A stretch of DNA of 60,141 nt from Bacteroides sp. UBA939 (GTDB lineage: Bacteria; Bacteroidota; Bacteroidia; Bacteroidales; Bacteroidaceae). Shown in pieces: positions 9,593-19,466 of the stretch; the stretch's first letter is position 1, and the number at the start of each line of letters is the position of its first letter. Where the stretch lies: positions 1-60,141 of the forward strand of contig NZ_DBDF01000038.1 of assembly GCF_002293435.1 (NCBI RefSeq). Reading direction: 5' to 3'. The notes beneath the pieces were generated by a model. That model did not search any database, was not told where the DNA came from, and saw only the letters and a list, made by a program, of their open reading frames with translations. Made by a program: the position numbers and the translations under genes.

Positions 9593-10012
9593 ATGGACGA
9601 CTTGAGACACCTCTTGAATGCCGATGCCTTCCTCGGTCGTGGCTGGAGCTTCCCGCCCGTGCTGACGGATAGCGGCATAAAGATGTCCGCCTATGAGCAG
9701 GACATCGAGGAAAGCCTGCGCATCCTCTTCAGCACCTCGCCCGGCGAACGGGTGAACCGCTACGACTACGGATGCCCTCTGCGCCGATACACTTTCGAGC
9801 CGATAACCACGGAAACCACGGTACGGATGCGCAATGACATCACGCGAGCCATTATTCTCTTCGAGCCGCGCATCACTCTGGAAGATGTATCGTTTGAGGA
9901 GCAACCGGAGAAGGGTGTGCTGTTGATACGGCTCACCTACACCGTGGTTCGCACCAACAACCGCAACAATATGGTTTATCCGTTTTATCTGAATGAAGGA
10001 ATGAATGTATAA
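9593..10012 (+). CDS. gp25/GPW-like baseplate protein (Afp9)
   Basis: FLGRGWSFPP, DIEESLRILFSTSPGERV, FEPRI, NMVYPFY. ATG at 9593 preferred over TTG at 9578. Confidence 0.93.
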   Translation: MDDLRHLLNADAFLGRGWSFPPVLTDSGIKMSAYEQDIEESLRILFSTSPGERVNRYDYGCPLRRYTFEPITTETTVRMRNDITRAIILFEPRITLEDVSFEEQPEKGVLLIRLTYTVVRTNNRNNMVYPFYLNEGMNV

Positions 10013-10031
10013 CACTTGAAAAATTACAACT

Positions 10032-10239
10032 ATGCCATTTTACAAAAAAACGTAAGATGAACAGCAGAAGGTCTATTACCCCCCAAGCCATCGTGCTGGG
10101 TAGACCTATGGAAACGACAACCATCGCCTGCGACCTGACGCGGATTTCCACTATATCAGATAGAGACATTCAGTCCGTCCTAGTTGGCGTCTCTGGTGCA
10201 ATACACACCCGCATGGCAGAAGACAGGGGTGAATCTTGA
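10032..10239 (+). pseudogene. Frameshifted, truncated relic of a Bacteroides HU-like DNA-binding protein
   Basis: ATG CCA TTT TAC AAA AAA (MPFYKK), a frame break in an A-run, then PQAIVLGRPMETTTIACDLTRISTISDRDIQSVLVGVSGAIHTRMAEDRG. Resembles the N-half of Bacteroides HU-like proteins. Confidence 0.55.
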
Positions 10240-10250
10240 AATTAAGAGAT

Positions 10251-10274
10251 AGCCGCCCTGCTCGCAGGGTGGCT
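10251..10274 (+). terminator. GC-rich hairpin, possible intrinsic terminator inside cluster
   Basis: AGCCGCCCTG-CTCG-CAGGGTGGCT. The U-tract that follows is weak (GGTCTTCCTTT). Confidence 0.4.
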
Positions 10275-10324
10275 GGTCTTCCTTTCAGAATAAGGAATAG
10301 TAGTAACTTTAAAATGTGACAGTT

Positions 10325-11224
10325 ATGTATGTAGGAAGAGAATATAAAAGACAGATCAGTCGGGTGATTGGGAAATCGGATGGGAAAAGTGTGCAGCAGT
10401 TTAAAATGAAAGATATCAGAAAAAATGCAACTATTATCCCCTTAATATTACAACGCGCAGCTATCGCAGACAATAATATTAATAAAACTATTCAGAGAGT
10501 TAAAACGATAGTAATTGAATTGCTTCCTTCTTCACCCACCCATCTAACCACAGATGCTCAGAATGTCAATAGGCGAAAACATTATATATCATTACGTCTT
10601 GGTAGAGACCAAAAACAATACGAAAGAGGTTTGAGACATGGCGTTATTCCTCCTGCAATGATTGCTGCCCCTGCTCCTTCTCCAGTAGCGAATAGTTTGG
10701 GGCAAATAGGAACTATAGGAGTTAATGAAACACTTATTATAGTATCCCATGGTGCCCGTTACGTCCCTATTTTTGCATTTAGAACACCTGCTATGTTAGC
10801 TAGAGGAATTTTTAATTCGCGCATATTACCTGTTGGTTACAGTGGGCAAATTTATTTAGATGGATGCCATACAGGAGAGCCAGGACTTCTTGGAACTCTT
10901 GGAGATGGCTCTTCTTATGCAGAAAAGTTCAAACGTGAATTACGCAATTTGTCAGGTATGGAAACGCCTTCTATATACGGCGATTTTACTGTGAAAGGAA
11001 ATTTAGGTGCCGCTATGACAAGCCGTTGGGGTACGGAGTGGATTGAGGGCGATAATAGAACAGAGCGATTAATACGTGATAATATTGGTGTACTACCAGC
11101 GACACCTTTAGCGAATCATTTTGATGCTAATCATAGAAGGAATCGCAATACATCAAGTGTTTTAGGTCTTAGAAATACGACAGTAACTGATTATAGGGGG
11201 AGTTATACAAAAATAGAGTTTTAG
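10325..11224 (+). CDS. Candidate CIS cargo/effector with clan-CD (caspase/CPD/CHAT-like) cysteine-protease motif
   Basis: AT-rich ORF between gp25 and baseplate genes. ETLIIVSHG and QIYLDGCHTG motifs. N-terminal leader resembles that of the DUF4157 protein. Alternative GTG start at 10316. Confidence 0.65.
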   Translation: MYVGREYKRQISRVIGKSDGKSVQQFKMKDIRKNATIIPLILQRAAIADNNINKTIQRVKTIVIELLPSSPTHLTTDAQNVNRRKHYISLRLGRDQKQYERGLRHGVIPPAMIAAPAPSPVANSLGQIGTIGVNETLIIVSHGARYVPIFAFRTPAMLARGIFNSRILPVGYSGQIYLDGCHTGEPGLLGTLGDGSSYAEKFKRELRNLSGMETPSIYGDFTVKGNLGAAMTSRWGTEWIEGDNRTERLIRDNIGVLPATPLANHFDANHRRNRNTSSVLGLRNTTVTDYRGSYTKIEF

Positions 11225-11521
11225 GTATTGTTTCTAATGAGATCCCGTTCCGTCGGATTTGTAATCCGCTATATCTTGATACATATGGATGATCGAATTA
11301 TATTGAGAAATAGTGTTCTTTGACATATTGGGAAAAAAGAATAATAGAGTTGCTTTTATCATGCAGATCGGGAGTGTAGAAAATATTTTTTATCGTTCAT
11401 TTTGCCCATTCCGCCTCCAAATTCTACTTAACAGAGTTCAGGGGTAGCAACATTGAGATTTCTTTTTCCCAAGAATTGAAGAACGCAGAAAACATTGAGA
11501 TATAAAAATGATAGATTGACA

Positions 11522-14500
11522 ATGGCAATGAACAACAGGCACAGCGGCACCCTCCGCACCGACTACGAAGCCGGTCAAGCAAGGCTGGACGGCTTCCAGA
11601 TCCTAACCTCCGACCGGCACGTCCTGCTACACCGGTTGGAAAAGTCGGGCGGCACGTTGTGTCCTCTTCTGGAGAACCACGTGCTAAGCGTGCTTGCCGA
11701 CATCAGCCGCAAGCAACTGTCGGGCTATGGCGAGAGTTTTTCCGGTGCACAAGGCACAGCGGATGTGGCACGCTATGCGGAGAAGCTCAGGAGAGATATC
11801 GAAAGCTGGAGCCGACGTCTGGAGACTTATATCCTCCAGAGTTTGAAGTCGGGACATAGCGACAGCATTGCCGTCAAGACAGCTCAAAAACTGGATGACA
11901 GTCTGAAAGCCGCCTTGCCCGATGGCAATGTAGCGAAGAAGGAAGACTATTACCGGATGCTCCGCACCGTGACTGCCATTCAGGAACAGGCAGACCGCTA
12001 TACAAAACAGGCGGAGAAAAGCGGAGATACGGAACCTGCACTGGCCTTGTTGCTGGCTTATCTGAAAAGCTACAGCGACATCACCGATACTTTCAACCAT
12101 CGCCTTGCCTCGCTGCCCGGCATCTATCTCCGGGAAATCCTGCACGCCAAGCCGAAAGCCGCCGAGCCGGACCATGCCTATGTAGTCATCACCTCAGAAG
12201 CGGAAGGCTTCACCTTGCCGACAGGAACGGCGTTCCCTGCCGGAGCAGAATCGGTTTATAAGACGGAGAAAGAAGAGTACATCAGCCCAATGCAATGTGT
12301 GGAGGCGGATGCAGTCTATCCGGACAAGGAAGTGCTCTACAAACACCCTCTGCTGCAAGGAACAGAACAACCGTTCGCTCACGGCAAAGCATTATATATC
12401 GGCTGGCAAATCGAGTCGCCCATGCTGGTGCTGGAGGAAGGGAAACGGAAAGTGACGGTTCTCTTTTCATTGACCGGCAACAGCGTTTTGCCCGACAGTT
12501 TCCCGGCGGATGCCCTTGCACTGCAACTAAGCAGTGAGGAAGGATGGACGGAACGGACGTGCCGGTACGGCATAGAGGACGGGCAGCTTGTTGTCCACTT
12601 TACCATCGGGCAGGAAGAGGCGGTCCCCACCGCCTGTACAGAGGAAATACACGGCATGGCAACGGAATATCCCGCCCTGCGGCTTCTGACTGACCAGCCC
12701 CGATGGGCAAGCCGGTTGAGCATTGACAACGTGGAAATACAGGCGGAAGTGACCGGTATCCGTAATTTCACCTTGAAGAACGAACTGGGAGAGGCGGACA
12801 TCGCGCAACCCTTCCAGCCTTTCGGCATACAAGGGGGACGCGGTGCATCGTTCCTTTTCGGCAGTATGGAAATGGGACTGAAACCTTTGCAGGAAGTCCG
12901 TTTGCAAGGCACGTGGAAGAACCTGCCCGGAACGGAAGCGGAATTCAACAGGCTGTATAAGGAATATGATACCCATGCGGACTTGTTCACCGTCTCAGTC
13001 GGATACCGGCAAGACGGCAGGTGGAAGCGCTGCGGCGAAGAACAAAGACTGTTCCGCTTCGATGCGGACGGAAATATGGACAAGGCGGAAATTTCTTTTA
13101 TTTCCAATGAAAAAGAAGATTCCAATGAATACGGAGACCACTGCGACAAAGAAGGTCTTTTCCGTGTCACCTTAGAATCTCCCGCCATTGGTTTCGGCAT
13201 GGAAGCCTACCGCAAACGGTTCATGGAAGTGATGATAAACAACAGCCGCCGCAAACGGTTCATGGAAGTGTTGATGCACAACATCTGCTGCAAGAAGAAG
13301 GAGCTTAAGGAAATCCCGCAGGAACCTTCCGAACCGCTACTTGCCGATGTGGAACTGTCATACATTGCCAAGGCGGACTGGAAAGACCCCACCATCCGGC
13401 TGAGCCGCATCACCGGCTGGTCGGCACAAGAGCCGCAAGCTGTCGACAAGGGTGAGATACAACCCTTCCTGCTTCCCGCTCCGGCGGAACATTTGGTTCT
13501 GTTTGCCTTCACCCGTGCCGCGGGAGAAGGCAAAGTGCGGATGTACATCGACACGGCATTGCCCAAGGAACGCATTCCCTTCGGCAGTCCGCAACCCGGG
13601 CAAAACGTAAAAGCAGACTGGGAACTGTGGAACGGAACCGGCTGGCAAACCATCAGCCACGAATCCGTTCAAGCGGAAGAGACCTGCGGACTGACGCAAA
13701 GCGGTTTCATCGAGATAACCCTGCCGGAGAAGATCAATAACAACTATACGGACCGGCAAGGCTGCTTGTGGCTGCGTGCCGCATTAACGGGCAATGTGTC
13801 CGCCTGCCTTGCCATACGGGGCATCTGGATGAACTGCATCCAAGTGACCGCCGTGGATGGTGACGGTACACCGCTACCCGCCGGAACCCTTCAGGAACTG
13901 GAAGAAATTGACGAACGAATCGAAAGTATCACGCAGCCTCTGCCCGGTTTCGGGGGACGGACAGCCGAGACGGAGACGCAACATGCCGTGCGGCAACAGA
14001 TGCGCCTGCACAACCGTCACCGAGCCGTCACGATGAAGGATTACGAGGAACTGGTGCTGGAGCATTTCCCCGAAGTGGACAAGGCGCAGTGCATCGCCAT
14101 TCCCCAAGAGAATACCCCATCGGACATCCATATCGTGGTATTCAGCCGCATGGAGGACAGCCGCTACTTCCTCTCCCCGGCCTGGAAACTCGAAGAGATA
14201 CAACGGACGGTAAGCCGGTACACATCGCCTTTCGTTTTGCTGAAAGTGGTCAATCCCCAGTATGATAAGATAACGGTAAACTGCAAGGTGGTGCTGCGCG
14301 ATAAGGTACAAGACAAAAGCAAAGTATTGCGACAACTGGTGGTGCTGGCACAGGAGTGCATCTCTCCGTGGTACCGGAAAAAGGAGATTCCCGACTCGGG
14401 GCGAAGTTTCTCCTACAAGGAACTGCACACGTGGATGGCGAATCACGAAGATCTGTTGCGGCTGGTTTCGCTGGAAGTCGGCGGAATCAGCCTGCCCAAT

Positions 14501-14653
14501 GTGGATGTGGAAACGGAAGACTACGTCTTTAAAGGCAGCAAGCCGTGGAGTACACTGCTACCGGAAATAAGAATCGGACTGCTCTCTCCCAGTGACGGCA
14601 TCGAAGAAGCCGAAATCGGAAAAAACTTTATGATTAAGATAGCTTATGAATAG
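11522..14653 (+). CDS. Baseplate J / gp6-like wedge protein (Afp11-like)
   Basis: PALALLLAYL, SPMLVLEEGKRKV, PFQPFG, T.GLTQSGFIEI, FGGR..E, RL..RHRAVT.KDYEELVLEHFPEV. The ORF track extends the start to TTG at 11495. Confidence 0.9.
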   Translation: MAMNNRHSGTLRTDYEAGQARLDGFQILTSDRHVLLHRLEKSGGTLCPLLENHVLSVLADISRKQLSGYGESFSGAQGTADVARYAEKLRRDIESWSRRLETYILQSLKSGHSDSIAVKTAQKLDDSLKAALPDGNVAKKEDYYRMLRTVTAIQEQADRYTKQAEKSGDTEPALALLLAYLKSYSDITDTFNHRLASLPGIYLREILHAKPKAAEPDHAYVVITSEAEGFTLPTGTAFPAGAESVYKTEKEEYISPMQCVEADAVYPDKEVLYKHPLLQGTEQPFAHGKALYIGWQIESPMLVLEEGKRKVTVLFSLTGNSVLPDSFPADALALQLSSEEGWTERTCRYGIEDGQLVVHFTIGQEEAVPTACTEEIHGMATEYPALRLLTDQPRWASRLSIDNVEIQAEVTGIRNFTLKNELGEADIAQPFQPFGIQGGRGASFLFGSMEMGLKPLQEVRLQGTWKNLPGTEAEFNRLYKEYDTHADLFTVSVGYRQDGRWKRCGEEQRLFRFDADGNMDKAEISFISNEKEDSNEYGDHCDKEGLFRVTLESPAIGFGMEAYRKRFMEVMINNSRRKRFMEVLMHNICCKKKELKEIPQEPSEPLLADVELSYIAKADWKDPTIRLSRITGWSAQEPQAVDKGEIQPFLLPAPAEHLVLFAFTRAAGEGKVRMYIDTALPKERIPFGSPQPGQNVKADWELWNGTGWQTISHESVQAEETCGLTQSGFIEITLPEKINNNYTDRQGCLWLRAALTGNVSACLAIRGIWMNCIQVTAVDGDGTPLPAGTLQELEEIDERIESITQPLPGFGGRTAETETQHAVRQQMRLHNRHRAVTMKDYEELVLEHFPEVDKAQCIAIPQENTPSDIHIVVFSRMEDSRYFLSPAWKLEEIQRTVSRYTSPFVLLKVVNPQYDKITVNCKVVLRDKVQDKSKVLRQLVVLAQECISPWYRKKEIPDSGRSFSYKELHTWMANHEDLLRLVSLEVGGISLPNVDVETEDYVFKGSKPWSTLLPEIRIGLLSPSDGIEEAEIGKNFMIKIAYE
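13211..13288 (+). repeat. In-frame 39-bp tandem duplication within baseplate J gene
   Basis: CGCAAACGGTTCATGGAAGTG at 13211 and 13250, giving RKRFMEVMINNSR / RKRFMEVLMHNIC. Confidence 0.85.
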
Positions 14654-16925
14654 AAATCAAGTAATGGACGAGCAGAAAGAACCCTACATAGCGCAGCAGG
14701 CCGAAGAGGATGCCCTCTACACGAAATTGCAAACACAGATGTTGGAAGAAGTGCAGCGGCTGTCGGGCAAGGTATGGACAGACTACAACGTACATGATCC
14801 CGGCGTGACCGTAGGCGACATCACGAATCATGCCCTGACGGAACTGGATTATAAATTGGGCTTCCCCCTGACGGACTATTGTGCGGAAAAGGGAGGCACA
14901 TTTGCCCCCGAACGGCTCGGTCTCTTCCCACCGGAGAAGGTCTATACCACCCAGCCCATTACGGTGGAGGATTACCGCAAGCTCTTCCTTACCCATATCC
15001 CCGAAATAGACGATGTACAATTGGTATGCAACCGGCAGACCGGCGGCTATACCATTAAAGCATTGCTTTCTCCCTTCGGGGTGGAAGACGAGAAAACGGT
15101 GTGCGAACAGATAAAAGCCCTGTTCCATCAACACCGTAACCTGTGCGAGTACCTGTCGGACGAAGTGAAGATACTGAAACCCGATGAACTGGAATTTCAT
15201 GCTGAGTTCGAGATAAAACCGGGAGAGGACGCGTCCGTCGTACTTGCCAGGATATATAGTACTATCTTGCGTTACCTCTCCGGTACGGTACGGCTTTCCA
15301 CTCCCGATGAAGCGGTAAATTCCGGCATCTCTCCCGAAGAGTGGCTGGAAGGCGTGACTGATGTCGTGCGTCCGGTGGTTCCTGAACTGCAACAGACCGA
15401 ACACGAACTCTACAAACAACTCCGTGCGGTGGAAGGGGTACGTTCGTTCACAACCTGCTACCTGATGAAGGACGGAGAGCCACAGACGAATTTCCTGGAA
15501 GGATTCGGCTTGCAAATACCCACGGAAGCTAAGGAACTGCACGTCCGTATCCGTCAGGGACGCTTCGAGGTGGAATCGAACCTCGCCATCTTCCGTACCC
15601 AGCTGGAAGCACTATACCAGGCAAGGCGGCACAGACAGCCCAACCGGACGGAGCAAGGACAAAAATATCATTGGAGCCTTCCGGATACCGTTTACCGCGA
15701 CATCTTTGCTCACGACTCCGTTATTGGTGACTTCCCGGTCTGCTATCGCCTGTCCGGAAAGGAAGGACAAGAACAAACCGCCTTTGAAAGCTATTTAAAA
15801 TTGTATGACCAAGTGATACAGGACGGGCTGCAGGAAGTGAAGGAACTGCCCCGCATCTTCTCCATCGAAACGGAGGGTGCCGCAAACCTGACCGACCGGC
15901 GCATCCGTGCGCTGAAAAAACAGTATCTGGACTTCCTCGACAAGCTATATGGTGTGGAAAGCCACCCCGCCTGGCTGTCGGAACAGAACTGCTACGGCGA
16001 GACAGAGGAAGGCACGTTGCGGAGGAGAATGAATTTCCTGCGCCATGTCGCCCGGCTGACCGGTAACCGTTCGCGGGCAAGAGACATCCTGCCCCGTAAG
16101 GAAGAAAGCGACACACCGGTGGTAAAGGAATGGTTTTGCCGGTTGCTGGGTCTTGAGAAGAGCGACGAATATACCGTCAGCAACGTATTGCCCAAGCACA
16201 ACCTGCGCATTGTGGATAAGGCCGAAATATCATTGACGGATAGAATTGACTCTCTGCTTATCGACGAACGTATGCTGGAAGAAGACAAGGTGGACAAAAT
16301 CAATTACGAGGAACTTGCGGCGGACGAGGCGGAAAAGCGCAGGGAATATGAGATGATGCGTTCGGAACTGGGCTATTTCAATGTAAACCGGATCAGCGGT
16401 GACCTGTTCCGGGGCGGAACAGACCTGGAGAATTACCGGACAGTGCAACTCGGCAAGGAAGAATACATGCTGATGTACCGCAACCGGGAACGGAACGGCT
16501 GGATCAATCTGGGAAGTGCAGGAAGCCGGGAACGGCTGAATACGCTGGCAAACATCCTGCGGCGTTTCCTGCGCGAACTGAACCGTGCGTGCGAGACGGT
16601 CTATATTGTGGAGCCTATACTGGCTGACACCGACAGACCATTCCGGCTGATACTTGTGCTTCCAGCTTGGACCAGGCGTTTCCACTCGCCCCGTTTCCGG
16701 GAAAATTGCAAGGACTTGTTGCGTTGCCTCCTTCCGGCGCATCTTTCCGTCGAGATATACTGGCTTAATGAGCACAGCATGAAAAGATTTGAAAGTTACT
16801 ATCATCAGTGGATACACTCGCTGACAAACTGCCGTATGGGAGATTATAAAAAACTGCTGCTATTAGCCATGGACGAGTTATTGAACCCTACAACGAAAAA
16901 AGATAAATCAGATGATACTAATTGA
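14646..16925 (+). CDS. Baseplate protein (Afp12-like)
   Basis: LSGKVWTDYNVHDPGVT, PITVEDYRKL, HRNLCE, FP.CY, C-terminal YIVEPIL...LPAW..RF....FR......LPAHL. Confidence 0.88.
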   Translation: MNRNQVMDEQKEPYIAQQAEEDALYTKLQTQMLEEVQRLSGKVWTDYNVHDPGVTVGDITNHALTELDYKLGFPLTDYCAEKGGTFAPERLGLFPPEKVYTTQPITVEDYRKLFLTHIPEIDDVQLVCNRQTGGYTIKALLSPFGVEDEKTVCEQIKALFHQHRNLCEYLSDEVKILKPDELEFHAEFEIKPGEDASVVLARIYSTILRYLSGTVRLSTPDEAVNSGISPEEWLEGVTDVVRPVVPELQQTEHELYKQLRAVEGVRSFTTCYLMKDGEPQTNFLEGFGLQIPTEAKELHVRIRQGRFEVESNLAIFRTQLEALYQARRHRQPNRTEQGQKYHWSLPDTVYRDIFAHDSVIGDFPVCYRLSGKEGQEQTAFESYLKLYDQVIQDGLQEVKELPRIFSIETEGAANLTDRRIRALKKQYLDFLDKLYGVESHPAWLSEQNCYGETEEGTLRRRMNFLRHVARLTGNRSRARDILPRKEESDTPVVKEWFCRLLGLEKSDEYTVSNVLPKHNLRIVDKAEISLTDRIDSLLIDERMLEEDKVDKINYEELAADEAEKRREYEMMRSELGYFNVNRISGDLFRGGTDLENYRTVQLGKEEYMLMYRNRERNGWINLGSAGSRERLNTLANILRRFLRELNRACETVYIVEPILADTDRPFRLILVLPAWTRRFHSPRFRENCKDLLRCLLPAHLSVEIYWLNEHSMKRFESYYHQWIHSLTNCRMGDYKKLLLLAMDELLNPTTKKDKSDDTN

Positions 16926-19398
16926 CCACATATCTTTTGAGTTTACCGCCCCGGACGAAGTATTCGCACACAGACTGTATGCAGACTGGGACGACTTTTG
17001 CCACCGCTGCTTCGAACAAGTGGTGGAGGAATGCTGCACCACCTACGACAAAGAAAAGGTGTTGTACGAGATTGAACGGCTGGAACTGAACCTGGGTAAC
17101 ATCCCGGAAGAGGAGTTTCACAGTGAATTTCCCCGGCGATTGAGGGAAGAACTGCTGAAAGCATTGTCCTCCCTGAATATACGGACTGCAGACGAGGTGG
17201 AAAAGAGTGCTGCTTCCCGCCGGGACAACCTGCTGTTCTTCCTGGAACATGGCTTTCCAAAGCCGGAGTGGACAGACGGTGACTTCAACCCGTCGATAGA
17301 GGCTGAGTGGTTGCTCTCACAATCCACCACTATCTATATGCCCTTCATACAGAATGCCACCCTCCTTTGCTTAGGACGGGAACATGCCTTGCGCCGCCTG
17401 TTATGGCAGACGGACAACGTGGAGATGCACCTCCGGATTTACACTACCGCGCTTGCCGAACCCTCCGCAGGCTTGCAGGAAAAGCACCGTTTCCTTGCTT
17501 TGATACTGGAGGAAAAGCCCGGTATCGCCGTGCGCTTCATCCACAAGGTAGGAAGTGACGAGGAACTGCACAGCATGACGGTCTTGCTCGACAGCCCGAC
17601 TGTCCGGCAACTCATGCAGACCGAGATGAAGGAACACGCCGAAGTGGACCTTCCTCCCTACTGGCATTATCTGTATGAATGGCTCATCCAATATTATCCC
17701 TTCAACGGGCTTGCCATGTTCGGCGGCAAGGCAGAGTTCATCCGCCACCTGCACCACCGCCTGCTGACATTTATCCGCAAACGAAGCGATTCACCCTACC
17801 TTTCCAAAGTGGAACTGACCTTGGACTTCCTGCTGGAAGTGTTCGGTCATACCTATTATAAAGATGTGTTGAACGACATCTATGAGTTACAAGCCAGCCA
17901 GCCGGACGGTTCTCCCGTGTATGACGGATATTTCAACCGGGAACTGTACCGGATATTTATGCAGCTTTCCCTGTTGCGACAGCCTGCTATTATGAAACAG
18001 AAAGCAACCGGGGAAAAAGTGGAATCCCAAATACTGTTTGAAGAGCGCTGGAATACAACGGAAGGTTTTACCGCATGGTTGGAAGACTCATCCGAGCCTG
18101 CCGAGCGTAAGCGTGAGCTACTGCAAACAGCAGTTACGGAGAATACACAGGAATGGATGGCGTTGCTCCGCAAAACAGTACCAAAAGAGGGCATACCTGA
18201 TGCGGTAACCGACAATCTGCCTGTGTCCGTGTTGCAACAAGGTATGGCAAAGGTCAGCTTTTATCAGGCATCGGTCTTGTCAAGGACGATAGAGCGGATT
18301 GAACAAAATGCGGATGCGTTTCCATTCCTTACGGCAAGCGGTATCCCTTTATCTTCGGCCCTGTCAAAAGCCTTGCTGCTTTATATGCAGGATGCGGACA
18401 CCTTGGAACGTACACTGACGGAGAGGGAGATTATAGAGAAGTTCCTTGCTTTCCTATACCATATATATACAGGACAAACAGACTACCACAATGAAACCGG
18501 GTGGAAGCAACTGTCTGAAGAAATCATACCGAAGCCGGAACAACAGGAAGATAGCGGGCAAGAAGAGCAAGAAGTAGCTAAAATCCGGGCAAGCCTTCCT
18601 CTGTATACGGCGGAACTGCTCCGACAAGTGACGGAAGTATTACGCTTGGACGAAGAAGAACAACGGTTGGCATGGAGCACCTATATGGCAACCGGGAAAA
18701 AGGAAGAGGAATGGTCGTACAGCAGTCCGGAGGAAAAGATTCGCCTCTTCGTGCAGACAGTAGTTTCCCTGCAAGGGCAAGGAGAATCAGAAGTGGAAGA
18801 AACCGTCCGACGAGTCAAAGCGGAACTGAAAATTCAAGAAGATGTAATGCCTGTCATAGATAAGGTACCGGAGTTCTTCCTCGTAGGCAATGCCGGTCTT
18901 TGTCTGTTCACCCCCTGGTTTATCCGATTGTTCGGTATGCTCGGCTATCTGGACGAAGAGCGGAATTCGCTCAAGAATACGACTCTGAAAATCCGTGCCG
19001 TGTTCCTGCTGCAATACGTTGTTTACGGGGAGGAACGGGAATACCGGGAGACAGAACTGGTCTTCAACCGGTTGCTTACCGGGTTGTCCCGGCACATTCC
19101 CCTCCCGAAGTACCTGCCACTTACCGATGAGGAAAAACAAACCGCCGATTCCATGGTGACAAGTATAAAGGCCTACTGGTCGCAAATGAACGGCACATCG
19201 GTAGAAGGATTCCGTCAGAGCTTCATCGCCCGCAACGGAACATTGGAACAGCAGGAGGAACAGTGGTCGTTGTCGGTAGAGAAAAAGACTCACGACATCC
19301 TGCTCAATTCCGTATCATGGAGCTTCAGGAAGATACGGTTGCCGTGGCTCAAGAAATACATTCAGGTGGTATGGAACGAGAAACAGGAACTTCCCTGA
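16912..19398 (+). CDS. CIS tape-measure protein (Afp14-like)
   Basis: N-terminal IERLELNLGNI, LLFFLEHG; helical middle; C-terminal VGNAGLCL..PW, FRQSFIARNG.L, DILL..V.WS...IRLPW. Confidence 0.88.
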   Translation: MILIDHISFEFTAPDEVFAHRLYADWDDFCHRCFEQVVEECCTTYDKEKVLYEIERLELNLGNIPEEEFHSEFPRRLREELLKALSSLNIRTADEVEKSAASRRDNLLFFLEHGFPKPEWTDGDFNPSIEAEWLLSQSTTIYMPFIQNATLLCLGREHALRRLLWQTDNVEMHLRIYTTALAEPSAGLQEKHRFLALILEEKPGIAVRFIHKVGSDEELHSMTVLLDSPTVRQLMQTEMKEHAEVDLPPYWHYLYEWLIQYYPFNGLAMFGGKAEFIRHLHHRLLTFIRKRSDSPYLSKVELTLDFLLEVFGHTYYKDVLNDIYELQASQPDGSPVYDGYFNRELYRIFMQLSLLRQPAIMKQKATGEKVESQILFEERWNTTEGFTAWLEDSSEPAERKRELLQTAVTENTQEWMALLRKTVPKEGIPDAVTDNLPVSVLQQGMAKVSFYQASVLSRTIERIEQNADAFPFLTASGIPLSSALSKALLLYMQDADTLERTLTEREIIEKFLAFLYHIYTGQTDYHNETGWKQLSEEIIPKPEQQEDSGQEEQEVAKIRASLPLYTAELLRQVTEVLRLDEEEQRLAWSTYMATGKKEEEWSYSSPEEKIRLFVQTVVSLQGQGESEVEETVRRVKAELKIQEDVMPVIDKVPEFFLVGNAGLCLFTPWFIRLFGMLGYLDEERNSLKNTTLKIRAVFLLQYVVYGEEREYRETELVFNRLLTGLSRHIPLPKYLPLTDEEKQTADSMVTSIKAYWSQMNGTSVEGFRQSFIARNGTLEQQEEQWSLSVEKKTHDILLNSVSWSFRKIRLPWLKKYIQVVWNEKQELP

Positions 19399-19466
19399 TG
19401 CCACAAGTCGGCAACAAGAGAAAGTTGAGATAAAGACATTATATAAACCATATAAATGGATATCGT

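Noticed and set aside
10057-10239. 60-aa ORF as an independent small CIS gene or immunity protein
   Set aside because: Better explained as the in-frame part of a broken HU-like gene starting at 10032.
7940-15542. Long minus-strand ORFs (7940-8746, 12379-13200, 14634-15542)
   Set aside because: Antisense to GC-rich CIS structural genes; no recognisable domains.
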